From: Leptogorgia sarmentosa
Taxonomy: Eukaryota
DNA length: 64,000 bases
Assembly (NCBI GenBank): GCA_964658305.1
Contig: OZ210884.1
Coordinates: forward strand, 5,084,001 to 5,148,000
Direction: 5' to 3'
Both the position numbers and the translations under genes were made by a program. Under the pieces are notes generated by a model. The model was not told the origin of the DNA and searched no databases. It saw nothing but the letters and a program-made list of their open reading frames with translations. This document shows positions 38,301 to 50,698 of this stretch, in pieces (the stretch's first letter is position 1; every line of letters starts with the position of its first letter).

Positions 38301-41300
38301 TTTTGCAGACATCGATGAATGTTCAACAGGAAGCGCAAATTGTGATGGGAACGCTTCATGTGAAAATACTGAAGGATCGTTTGTGTGTACTTGTAAAGCT
38401 GGTTTCACAGGAAATGGCACCTACTGTGAAGGTAAATGCAAAATGAAGAAGTTATAGTGAAAAAATTATATTGAAGAATGAATATTACCTTGAATAAGTT
38501 AGAATAAATAAATTTCAATGAAGGAACAGCAACGGACAAAGAACAATAACGGTTTACTCAATTCCAACATCTGATAACTTGAACGGCCGTGTTATGTCAG
38601 ATACGCAAAGATTGCCAATGGGCTTGCGAAACTTTCTAGTATCATAACAAGTAATTGTAACGTTTAATTATATAATATGAGATAACAAAGCCGCAGTTTA
38701 AGAAAACCAACAGTATCTGTGTCGCTGTACCTACAGACTCAACGAACACGAATCCCTTTATGCTATTCTTCGTAAAATATCAACACAGAGTTGTTACACG
38801 GCACACGCAGAGGTCTAACTCTTGTACCCACTTTTTTGTGCGCATCCTCGGCAAGTTACTTGATGCGTGCATCTGATTGGATGAGGACCAAATTTAAACT
38901 TGCCAAGCATGTGTAGTTGATAATTTTTTAAAAATTTTTTCGCATTAAAAAAAGTGGGTACATGTAAATTCCCCTTCTAGTAATATTGAGTTGGACCTCT
39001 GTGTCTGTACTCTGTTATTAATGAGTTCCACATATATACTGCATGTTGAAAAATTTCAGCTCTGAACACCTTCAATACAACCAACCTTATAGGTAGTAGC
39101 ACTTGGAATCAAACAGTGATATGAAATTAAATACTCCTGTAGATATCAATGAATGTGCTGAGGGGAGGGACAATTGTTCTCCAAACGGTTTTTGTGATAA
39201 TCAAATGGGAGGTTTCGAATGTGTTTGTAATGATGGCTACAAAGGAAATGGAACGCAGTGTGGTTAGTATAATAATTTAAAAATAAAATTGTTTGCAATA
39301 TCTGTCAGTTTGTAATGGAATAAAGAAACTGTGGTAGCAACGACCGGAAAGTGAGCCCGATTTAATAGGCTTTCCTTGAATAAGGGGTCCTGCAAATCCT
39401 GTGAGTTTAATTTCCTGCACCACGCGCGTCTGTAGGCGAGCCACGCAATGTTAAAATTTTACGTTTTGTCAAAGGAAATCTTGCATTGCGTCCAATAACT
39501 TGGTCGACCTGAATTTCTCGGGCCACATTTCTTTTCTTCATTCCTGATTAGGTCTACGGTGTACTGATCCTACTAAATTTACTCCATGTAATAATCTAAT
39601 TAACTTCAATAATTACTAAGATTGTTGGTCTAATTATACCAGTTAGATTCTTTAATATTTGAAGAAGGTAGATGATTTCATTAAATAAATGTTTCTCAGA
39701 CTTGATAAGTTCGCAAGCAAAGTCAAAATATCACAATCCATGGTTACAGAAAAGATGGCGGATGTACATCTCACCAGAATACACTGTGGGCATCAAGCAA
39801 AAATATAGTCAAAAAAGATGCGAAGAAAAACGTCAATGACGAAAAATGTGAACACAAAAAATACATTGCTGTCCTATGGCCGTCATTCAACAAAAGGCGG
39901 CGTACGTGCTTTTTAAAATGACTTCAAAACGTATTGCATTGAATGCATTCTGGAAAAATAAATATAAACATCAATATAAGTTTGGTGAAACTCAAGTGAG
40001 GCGCATTTCATCAAATATGCATACATGGAATTTCCTTGATAGAAATGTTACTCTTTTATCGGTACATTTTCAAGACTTCAGATGACTTAGCGCAAGCCAC
40101 CACAATTTCCTTAAATAAATTTATGTATGCGTTATGCGAGTGTTGTCTATGTTATCCAATAATTGTCACTCAATGCCCTACATACGTGATATGAATAGTG
40201 TGTATCAATTTAATATTACATGGTAAACATCTCATTTTTTTGAAATTTTCTAGATATTGATGAATGTTCTGTGGGAAGCCACAACTGCCACGACAACGCT
40301 ACTTGTGACGACATAGACGGTTCGTTTACTTGTACTTGTAAGGCTGGCTATTCAGGAGACGGAACAGATTGCCAAGGTATGTTAAAAGAGTGCTGGAGTT
40401 TTTATCAAGACAGAAACGACCAATTCTAATTGCAATTATTTAAACTTTAGTAGCTATTAGAAATTTAGTAGCTATATAAATATTTTGAAGTATTATTGAG
40501 AAAATGGTAATTATTTTGCTGAACGCGAGAATAAAGCCTTTTGAGTTTACGTCATCTGCCCGAGGATCATCAAAAAAACTACTGGTATTTTTTTGTATTT
40601 TTGTTATTATTACTTCGAGAACCTGTAACTAACTAATCAGTCTGAGATAAGGTAATTTAAAACAACTCAAGTTTATTAGAAACGTGTTCTATAGCTGCTC
40701 TAGTTTAGTTGTCAGCGTGAATGACTTTCACATTTGTTATTGTTTGATTTTGAAGATGTCGATGAATGTTCTGAAGGAACTGCAGATTGCCATAGTCATG
40801 CTTCATGTATGAACACACCTGGGTCGTACCAGTGTGAATGTACTTCGGGATATCGAGGAAATGGGACTGATTGTGAAGGTAATTTGTTTAAAACTCGTTA
40901 TTCTCCCTCTGAAAATAATGCTATAGCTTCAGTTACATTTCTCCTTTAGATATCGATGAATGTGCTGAAGGGACGGACATTTGTTCACCAAACGCTCTCT
41001 GTAATAATCAAATCGGAACCCATGAATGTGTTTGTAAAGATGGCTATGGAGGAAATGGATTTCAATGTGGTTTGTATAACAATAGTCATATTCACGTGAT
41101 TGGTGGCTGTGTTTTATTGATTCAGATCAACACATAAGTTGTTTTGAAAATTCAATCATCCTACGGGGAGGTTGTTAACTGGTATTTTAATTACCAGAAG
41201 TAAACTATGACATGGTTGTTGAAATTACCCGACACAAAGAAAGAAATTAGCTCATTTAACATTAGGTTCAACAAATGAAAAGCTGTAGGCCTTGATAAAC

Positions 41301-44300
41301 AAGAAGTTATTGATCTTAAATTATCATTTATCGCGCACCATTGATACAACAATGGTCACAAATCATTTCAGTCAGGAAGCGCACTCCCATCATTGAGAAA
41401 GACGTGTGTTTGAGTTATTTAGCTATTCTTACTTTTTCTGTATTTTCTGTTTTTAGACGATATAAATGAATGCACAGCCACACCACCAAAATGTAATGCT
41501 CCTGGTCAAAGATGTACAAACTATGAAGGATCATATCGCTGTAGCTGCATCAGTCCTAGAAAACAACTTAATGAGGATGAATCAGCTTGCATTAGTAAGT
41601 ATAAAGTACTTAATTATATAACTAACGTGAGATGGCTGGGACTATGTGCGCATGGTAACAATTTGTTCCAACTCGCAATTTGTTCACATCAAAAAATTTC
41701 TCGCAAAGATGGTAACAAAATGAACTAACTAAGTTTCTCAAATTTATCAAAGTAAAGTAATTTCATTTTTTTTCCTAGATGTGGCTGCATCTGTCCAGGG
41801 TGGAATAAGAATTATCAATCGTATATTCGTACCTGAATACAAAGACCCAAACAGCAAAGCATATTTCGAAATCACCCAAGTGATAATCGTTACGGTGCGA
41901 AAAAATGTTCATTATTTTTCCATAAGTGACTGCAATGCCAACACTTCTCCCTGGTCAGCCTGAGGCCGATTTGCGTAAAAATGAAGAAAATATGAACTTA
42001 CAGTGGCGTAGTGCTGGGAATGGTGGCAACAGCGCTTTGAACGTGTCATTTGAAAGAATGTTTAATATTGTTTATACATGCAAGCTTTTTACATTTTTCA
42101 TATTGTCCATGATTCTTGAAATATTTTCACTTTCACTGAACTGTTCGCCATCTTGGATTACTTAGCGATATGCATGTGGCGTCAGTGGGGTATAAAATTG
42201 CCATTTTATCTTGTAGCTGGAGTTGAATTTCAGAAGAACCAGATTTGGAGCCAATTTTGTTCGAATTATTATTCTAAGAATATAGTAAGTAATAATTAAT
42301 ATTTACTAATTCAATTCACACATTGAAGCAGCAGCGTGTTATGTACCGAAACATACAATTTCCTATCATTGATCAATACATCATTACACAGTGCGAAAAA
42401 TTGTGCTGCCACTTAGTGGCAGCAATTGTGGCTATATTACGGCTTGATAACAACAACAACTGGTTCGCAATGATTAACAAATTACAAAATACAAAAGAAA
42501 GCAACATCGTTCTTCGGGAGCTCAATTGTTTTGTACTTTTTACAGCGAGGGATCAGTGGGCGTCGACTACGTGGCAACATTCAACAACACAGCTGGTGTC
42601 AGTGATAATAATTTGAAAACTGAATTGGCAAGTTCACTAGATGTCACAAATAATGGCACGTTTCTTGGGGACTTGCAGCTGAGCGAAGAGACTGATCCAA
42701 CGAAAGCCATTGAAGCTTTGGACTTTTCAGGTGAGGTCAATATAGCTACCATGATATATGAAGTAATAAGATAAAACAAAGTAGAATAAATACAAAAACA
42801 GTTTCCTTAAAAAGAGAATGGAACGTTAACTGGGATCGTTTTTGAAGACCGTCAACATTTATTGCTAAAAAGAATGAAAAGAAATCTTATTACATTTATT
42901 GCTAAAAAGAATGAAAAGAAATCTTATTACATTTATTGCTAAAAAGAATGATTATAATCACAAATTAGAAGGGCGACACGATGAAAATATATTTTTTTGC
43001 GGTTAAAATTGTCGGTTAAAATTGTTTGTGCATTTAATTCGTTGGCATAATTTCATTTTCTTTTTAGATTATGATGAATGCAATCCTGCAGATGCTGTCC
43101 ACAAACCGGACTGTGGCAACAATGCAACTTGCGTCAATACCAACACAAGTTATAACTGTACCTGTCATGAAGGATTTATACATGATGGCACGGGATGTAT
43201 AGGTCAGTGTTAATTATTATATAATTATATAGCTTATTGAATAGTTTGACATGCAATGCGGCCTTGTATTTTACTCGTTTCTCGCATTTTTTTTGGCCCA
43301 GGGAATTTATTATACGACACACAACTGCATTTCTGATAATTTAACAATTCAGTATTAGATTAAATGTTAGATTAAACACTTCGCGTCGGCCATTTTGGCC
43401 TTTATTCCTTTGTTTCGTGACCACGTGAGTACGTGATACTAATGACGACAACATTAACTTTCGAAAAAGCGGGAATGTGAAACAACACAAATGACCTGGT
43501 CAAAGCGGGAGGCTATAAGGACAAGTTAATTACTCTCCAGTACTATGTACTTGGGGCTACGACAGAACATCTCTGAGGTTTAAATTGAAACCATGCCATC
43601 TTTCAAAATATTTGGTATTAGAAAATTTGCATTCTAGCATTTTCCAATATTAACATTATTAGGGACCAGTCATTATTTGTGTCAGGGGTGGGGGCTGAAG
43701 AGAAAATGTTTTAAAGCCAAAACTTTTTCTTACCCCACCTTCGTTGTGCAAAAAAAATTTGATTTTGACCCCATTTTTTAGAACAAGGTGAACAATTTTT
43801 CCCCAATTTTTATGAACCTTGCAATTATATAACAACAAGTGAGATTCAATATTTCGTCATTGAATTTTAAAATGTGTAATGTGTATATGGCAAGTAATAC
43901 TTGGTAAATAAGCGAGTGGTAAACATTGTTATTTGTATTCCACCGATATATCCTTCTCATATTATACTTTACCCCACCCCAGACATGCCTAGTTAATTAG
44001 CTACCCCACCATTTTCTCTTCAACCCCCACCCCTGCCATAAATAATGACCGGTCCCTTATTTTAAAACATTTTTATTTTGTTTCATTTAGTTATTCCTAT
44101 AGCTCAAGTGGGTAAGTAACTATTCTAAATTTTGTAATTTCCCTGAGTTAAATTCCATTTAAACGTACCATACGATGTAAACTCGAGGATAATAATATTA
44201 GTGACAAATCATGTACCTTTTTACGTGATGTTTATCATTACCCAATAAAAATGGTTTGAATGTTTGATAACTTAACTTAAAATAATAAAATTGACAAATT

Positions 44301-45705
44301 TACGTTCTAGAAACGTTGACGACGCGTCGGAATTATGCAGGACGCGTTGGCCGCGCTAGTCACCATTCCTTTCTAACGCGTAGTCTTTTGTCGTGTCGTA
44401 CATCGTAAACTCTCTAATTGTGAAGGGGGCAATTATTCATTTTTTCATGTTCACATACCTTGAGAACTAGCGATCGATCTTCCTAGCCACGTGAAATGCG
44501 AAAAATATAATCCTGTAAAGTTTGCAAACTTTGTATATTTTTGTATTACGCACGCTTATTTGATACCTTTTTCTCGATATCAGCTTTCTGTGCGTAATGC
44601 AAAACTATTCAAAATTAGGAAATTTTACAGGGGTAAGTAGTTCAGAATTTTACAACCTTTTGCATCTAAATGTTGCTGTCCTTTCTGCACATATTTTCTG
44701 CCAATGACAAAATTGTATACGTAAATGTTCGCCAATGATACGTCATACGTATATTTTTTAGACAAAAACAGGCTTATTTGCCTCCAACTAAAATTAGGCT
44801 TTTCAACGATACTTAAGGAATAGAAAACATTTTCCATGTTTACATCGAGTTATGTAAACATGAGTGCGAGTTTGGGAGAACGAGAAATGTGTGGAAACAC
44901 AAGCCCGAAGGGCGAGTGTTTCCACACATTTCGAGTTCTCCCAAACCTGCACGAGTTTATAAAATAACACGATGACAAGAGCGGAATAACGCAATGGCGA
45001 GAAGCAGCGGGAAATAGCCATGTTTACATAATCTCACATGAACACAGCTGTTAGCCAATCACGCGCGCGCAATTTTTTTCACTTACTTCCGGTTATTTTA
45101 TACAATGCTTTTACAGTCATCATGCATGCTCTCGCGTACAAATTACAATTTCGCTCAAGTTTCTTTGTTAACACGACTGATGTTCAAACTCTTTTGCGAC
45201 AGTCGATAAAGATGATGTTGAAGAGGTCAGAAAGTTGACAATAGTGACCATAGGACTGCTCTGCGCATGTGTGGGGATCTCCTTCATTGTTACCATCGTT
45301 GCTGTTTTGATGTAAGTAAATATACAATGATGATGAAAACAATTGCTTCAATGATGGATGGAAAGTATCAGGGGTTGAATGGCTATGCTATATTTTGAGG
45401 GTGCAGACAAATTCATAAATAGACCAGCCACAGAGGCTGTAGGCATTGGCAACATTAGTTTACATAGGTGATATCAGTGATTTAGCTCAAGATTCAGCTT
45501 TGTGGAGGGAAAATTTCGAATTATCCCTTCGTTTTACTAATGGCGTGAATATGCTCATTTTAGGCTCTGTGAACAGATAGCTGTTGGTTATCCGGTGGTA
45601 TATGGAACCCCAGGAAATATCGTAGCTCGCAAAATCACTGCGCCATCATACGTGCCTTCTCCGGTTATGGATGAGCATTATTCCAGTGATAACTATGTTT
45701 TCTAA
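26346..45705 (+). CDS. Gene C: giant type I membrane protein; signal peptide, Gly/Ser repeat tract, 31 cbEGF, SEA, cbEGF, TM, cytoplasmic tail (~2,476 aa; proteoglycan/mucin-like)
   Basis: Exons: 26346-26412 ([22 protein letters not shown]); 26989-29754 (alternative donor at 29772); 26 x 123-nt cbEGF exons between 29863 and 38431; cbEGFs 39143-39262, 40254-40376, 40756-40878, 40950-41069, 41457-41594; SEA 41779-41894, 42217-42284, 42546-42730; cbEGF 43068-43202; micro-exon 44091-44111; TM 45203-45311; last exon 45564-45705 (TAA). Phases join in frame; total 7431 nt. Confidence 0.82.
26524..26740. mobile_element. Tc1/mariner-type palindromic MITE in a gene C intron
   Basis: TA|CAGGGTGTCCAAAAAGTGTCCCCTCTATTGAAATCAGAC ... 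GTCTGATTTCAATAGAAGGGACATTTTTTGATACACCCTG; almost fully self-complementary. Confidence 0.8.
26989..29754 (+). repeat. Coding hexanucleotide repeat (GGATCA/GGCTCT/GGTTCT)n encoding ~922 aa of Gly-Ser
   Basis: Single open frame between the acceptor at 26988 and the donor; contains internal ~594-bp higher-order repeats (e.g. AGAATCTGCA at 27521 and 28115). Confidence 0.9.
29863..38431 (+). repeat. Tandem array of ~330-bp exon+intron units, each with a 123-nt cbEGF exon (26 intact, 1 broken)
   Basis: Exon starts 29863, 30190, 30518, 30846, 31184, 31512, 31848, 32184, 32513, 32851, 33178, 33506, 33834, 34172, 34500, 34836, 35172, 35501, 35839, 36167, 36505, 36832, 37160, 37492, 37827, (38154 truncated), 38309. 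Consensus [41 protein letters not shown]. Confidence 0.93.
38804..39005. mobile_element. TIR element (CAC-terminated MITE)
   Basis: CACGCAGAGGTCTAACTC..TGTACCCACTTTTTT / AAAAAAGTGGGTACA...GAGTTGGACCTCTGTGT. Confidence 0.55.
42855..42951. repeat. 37-bp intronic minisatellite, ~2.6 copies
   Basis: ACATTTATTGCTAAAAAGAATGAAAAGAAATCTTATT starts at 42855, 42892 and 42929. Confidence 0.85.
43661..44057. mobile_element. TIR MITE with 4-bp TSD
   Basis: TIRs AGGGACCAGTCATTATTT / AAATAATGACCGGTCCCT; TATT on both flanks. Confidence 0.7.
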
Positions 45706-46796
45706 TTACCAAGTGCTTAGCTACCACAAAAACTGCAATCATGGCCAGGAAAAGTTGAAAATAAGTTATTCAGGTTACGTCGAATGGCTATTTTGGTACG
45801 TGCATGACGCGTGCTCTCCTTTAAGAAAAATACAAAACGGCACCATGAGCTTTAAAAACCAAAAATAGAACTCTTTGAATATTCAAAATACATAGAATAT
45901 TCTTTTTTTTAAAACCATGTATTTCAAAGTAGCTGGCTATGATTGCAAACGCGCCATTGAATTGTAAACGTTTAATTATTTTAATAGACAATAATTCGTG
46001 ATCATGATTTTATGAAATAACATTGAATTGACGGTATAGACGGTTTTAGAAAGAGGACAGGGGTGCCAAAAACGACGTGAAAATGGCGTGGCTATCCATA
46101 AATTTATGGATACAGGAGATTTTTTACGTCGTATTTGACATCCGCCTCCTTGATATAAATCTGTCTATTCACTTCCTGACTTCGTGAGAAGTATCTTAAT
46201 TAAGTCATTTTTCAATATAATGACTTGCACGTTTCATATTCACTTTTATATATAACAAAGTTGTTTCTTCGCGTCATACATATACAAAAAATGACTAACA
46301 GGGGCCTTCAATATATAAAACCCTTCATGACAATGGCTGAAATACTCATGCCGTCATAAAGAAGCTAAGATTAATAAACTTTTTAATACTTCATGTAGAA
46401 AAGGTTCGACGATGTTGTGTTGTTTTACTGAGAAGGTTTCGCAAATTTATCAAATATTTACCAGTTGATCTCGTGTCCGTGTTTCAGCCTATCAGCGCTC
46501 AGGGTTGTCCGAATAGAAATCCATTTTGCTCTATCTATTCAATTATATCTCTCGTTATTCTGTATGAAACTAGTCAAATTTCGTAATTATGTTTGTTTAT
46601 GAGAACTGTAGCTCTGACAAAAATATGGAATCGAACTAAAGTATATTATGGGAGATACTCAGTTGTTTCAAATTTTCAATTGAAAAATGGATTTCTATCT
46701 GACATCTAGTCCCAGTCCTTTTCCGTGGTTTGAGATGACCTGGTAGTATTCGTATATCTTTATGCGAGCATCTTTTCGGGTTTTCTTCAGGTCTAA

Positions 46797-46999
46797 AGGC
46801 GCTGTTACACGATGCAATTTTTCTTCCAACTTGAAACGCAATTCTTCTGCTTTTAAGACATGTAAATTAGTCAAGACTGTTAGATTTGTAAAGAATTCAT
46901 TAGGAAAATCGATAAAGACTCGTACTTGCCAATTTCACATCCCTTAACACTGGAATGCCATGCAAGTTGCAAGAAAAAATGCATCGTGTAACAGCGCCA
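46797..46999. mobile_element. PIF/Harbinger-type MITE
   Basis: TIRs GGCGCTGTTACACGATGCA / TGCATCGTGTAACAGCGCC; TAA TSD. Confidence 0.8.
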
Positions 47000-47297
47000 T
47001 AATTAAAACGATTAAAATGAATAGAAGGAAATTTTATTTGACGTTCTGTTCATAATGAAACGATGTTTTCATATCCGAAAAACGTTTTCTTAATCACTTA
47101 ATGTCAATAGCTCGTCGTCGAACTAAAGTTTCAGACATCAATTTCCCGCACTTCAAATAACTTATTTTAACGTGTTTAAATAAATATTTGTGGTAGCAAA
47201 GAGTGTTTTTATTGTCTAATTACAAATCGTGTTTCGTATTTTTTTATAATAACAAACACCGCGCCAGTTCAGAATTGAAATTGAAACAGTTGTCCAG

Positions 47298-47432
47298 GGG
47301 TCGGTTGTATAAAACTCTTAACTATCCGTTTTGTATTTAAATGGTAATTAACTTTGAAAGACGCGTTTCTGATTCGTCAATTTTCGCACTTAACTATAGT
47401 TAACTTTAACTACGTTTTTATACAAGCGGCCC
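47298..47432. mobile_element. Harbinger-type MITE (CWG target); related copy at ~63400-63557
   Basis: GGGTCGGTTGTATAAAA / TTTTATACAAGCGGCCC, flanked by CAG and CTG. Confidence 0.65.
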
Positions 47433-47671
47433 CTGGTGGCATCGTTTACAATTAATTTCCGCACCCGAATGAAAGAGGTTTATTGTGCACCGTGGAATAC
47501 CTGCGAAGGGTACTAATTGATATTTACACCCGCTGCTAAAGAAACAATTTAGCGAAGTCCTTCAGCTGTTGCGAAGTCCGAAGTTCATCAAATGGGTTAC
47601 CGTCGAAGGTTAATGGTCATCACCGATTTAAAGAACTGATGTGGCGGCCTCCCGAACACGCAGGACAGCCT

Positions 47672-47848
47672 GGAGAGCACTTAATAACATAGGGTCAGGC
47701 TACCTGGAGGTTCGTAAACTTCCGAACGTGCGGCGATCGTCCCCCGATGACCCTCAACATTACCTAATGTATTAAGTATTTCCGAAGATAATTACCGAAG
47801 AACACCCGACCGTCAAGGTAGCCTGACCCTATCTAATAAGTGCTTTCC
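47672..47848. mobile_element. Mutator (MULE)-type MITE
   Basis: TIRs GGAGAGCACTTAATAACATAGGGTCAGGCTACCT / AGGTAGCCTGACCCTATCTAATAAGTGCTTTCC; perfect 9-bp TSD GGACAGCCT. Confidence 0.8.
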
Positions 47849-48439
47849 GGACAGCCTTGACATGTGTACTTCTTTGCCATCTTTCTGTATATTTTGTCAA
47901 TAAAATTCCGCTCAGCAATTCAGCCTCGCTTGTGAAATGGCAGAAAATCACCCTTTACTGTCCTTGAGATTGTAAATTCGACCCTTGTGCGTTTGAAGTT
48001 GTGTTAATAGATAATTGTTGCGAGAATGTTCTCTTTTTGCCGTTGGAAGCCTCTATAAGCATTCTTCAGAATAATCAAAACGAATCTCGCAGAGATTTGG
48101 TAAAGAACTTTATCCATCAACGCAATGACATTCAATTGAATCCACAGGAGTCTTTTGTGCTGCCGCTGTGCCACAAGTCTGTGTTTTGAAAATTGTCATG
48201 GAAACTGAGTAATATTTACTATTAGTGGCAAAAGAATAGGCTCAGTAGCAAGTAAAGAGTAAATAACCTTGCCGTGAACCACCATTCTAACCCTAACCTA
48301 TTTCGGTTTCTCGTATATCGAGAAAAAAACCCGTAGATTTCTCACTGTACATGATTTGAGGTGAATACGAGCGAAAGAATGTTATCTCGTTTATATACTT
48401 GACTGCCCGTAACATTAGATAAAGAAATGATAATGGTAA

Positions 48440-48720
48440 GATGAAATACGATTGTTACCCAATGATATATATTTCTATAGACGATATAATAATTCAATGA
48501 CGCCTGCAGTTTTCGAGCATATTTGCATGCAATTACTTTGCCTGAAGGCAAACTTTTCGTGACTGCCTCGCATATTTGGTTGCGGTGTGTGTTGTGACGG
48601 ATCGATCTCGATAAACTCGGCAAACTGAACTTGTAACTGAGTTAAGAACTGATGCTGATGTTGACACCTGGGAAGGTAAAGTGTCATGTCATGACAAAGT
48701 AAAATATTAGCTGAATATAT
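48440..48720 (+). promoter_or_regulatory. Putative promoter and non-coding first exon of gene D (donor at 48676)
   Basis: Homologous to 20100-20420; GGAAG|GTAAAG donor; the gene D ATG exon is directly preceded by a TAG acceptor. Confidence 0.55.
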
Positions 48721-49224
48721 GTTAATTATTAATTGTATATATGATATAGTTATGAGTTTCATTTTTATGCACATTTTATACTTGGTCAGTATAAACCGGT
48801 GGGCCTCTGATCTTTTGTCTGTTTAACGAGTTGTCACCATTTCATGATCATGTGAAACAAATAACTCCAGCAAGACAAATTTACCAGAAGGGTAATTTTG
48901 ACACTCCTCAAAATCTGTTGTTTTTTGCATTACGATGCAGTTTTCCTTCTCGCATCAACCTCCGAAATCAGGGATAACACGAGAGCGTCTCACATATTTC
49001 AGGGTTGAATCACAAACAAGAATCTGGAAAACCCCCACTTATACCACAACATTATTCGAACGGTTTAAATGATTCAAAAAGTGATCAGAGGATTGCTTTC
49101 TAGATCTCGTAGCACCAAAAAGACTTGACTTTTCTCAATCTGATAATATCCAGATATGTTGGCGTGTATCGATCTCATTAAGAAACCGTTCATGAATTGT
49201 ATATATAACTAATGATTAGATAAT

Positions 49225-49358
49225 GGCCCGATTTATACCAGAGACGGATCATCCGTCTGGACGAACTTGGGCAAAGAAAAGATAGTTCGTCTCATAATTC
49301 GTCTGTGTATAAACACGGGCGAGTAGACGGATCATCCGTCTGTAATATAAATCGGGCC
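49225..49358. mobile_element. Short MITE
   Basis: TIRs GGCCCGATTTATA / TATAAATCGGGCC; 3-bp TSD AAT; subterminal GACGGATCATCCGTC palindromes. Confidence 0.7.
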
Positions 49359-50698
49359 AATGATTGAGTGCACAGAACTGCTCAATTTTATTTTTTGATT
49401 CGAGTCAGTGGCTTCTACGTAGAATTACGTATGTTTCGAGCGCCGCACGCAGAAGATAGGAAATATAATCCATGACTTCAGTGGCGAAGTCAGCAGGACA
49501 ATTAGGTCATGTTATGCAAATATTTGCGTCCATAGACAGCAAGAAAAATTGATTTCTGAAGAAATAAATGACAATGACCTCGAATTTGCATTCACGAAAG
49601 TCAGGGATGGTATCTCCACTGGACGAGTTGTACATTAGTTGTACGTTATAAGTTAATTATCACAAAAAAATATTACGGAATTTTTCGAATTCTTGCATTT
49701 GTTTTACATACGTAATGACGGACGTACAATAACATTCAATCCTACAGTGTGCACAAAAACCCAGCGATTAGGCAGCAAAAGATCGAAAGTCGAAACTGAT
49801 CTATAATCATAATTTCAATGACCTAGCACTAAGCTGAAGGAAAAAAATATCTTTGTAAAGCGCACGATTGATTTTCTGCTCCTGGGAATTTAAAACAGCT
49901 TCGTAAATTCTTAAGAATATTTTGTCAATAACAACACTCGTGTGTTCAACTTGCCAGGGATTGAAATTCTAACAATAGATTATTATCAATGATTTGAATT
50001 TTTTTGTACACCATGTATATACCTATAACAAGTAAACGCTAAATGCAATCATTCTGTAAATGGATTAATTATAACTATTCCTGCAAAATATTTGTGCTAT
50101 GCATATGTAAATATTGCAACAGTCTATTTTAATTAATTCAGGGGTGTGACCACTGGCATTCGTTCAAGTTGTTGTATTAAGAACACAACTGTCAGTCAAT
50201 TGTCATTGCTTGTCAGTCATTGTCCCCTGCTGTACGTTTGGATATATCTGCACTGCATTTTTTACTTTCACGTTCCATTTAACTAACCATGTATTACAAA
50301 TTGTTTCGCATTCATTAGGGAAAACACAAAACATTTGGGGAAAATTTTACTACTTTAAATTTATATTTTGTAATAGCATATAGCCGTCAATTAAGAGGGG
50401 AAAGGGTAGATGTTATTATACTCATGATCAGCCCAACTGATTTCATTTGTTTCCACACAGTTTTTTTTGTTTCTCAATTTTCACGAGTGTTGACATTGCT
50501 GTATATCAATATGGGAAAATGTTTTGTATTTGTTAAAATGAGAAAATTTTTCCACCCTTCGTCATGCCATGCAAATTTGCGAGATCATGCGAGACATTTA
50601 AAATTAGTTTTAAAATTAAAATCCGTGCCTTTCACTCCGAGATAAAAGAAATATATGTATATCTTCATACAACTGACACTTACTTTCGTTTTATATAG

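Noticed and set aside
29863..38431. Regular repeat array that could be mistaken for CRISPR or non-coding satellite
   Set aside because: Units are ~330 bp, have no unique spacers, and each contains a spliceable EGF exon; the context is eukaryotic with no cas genes.
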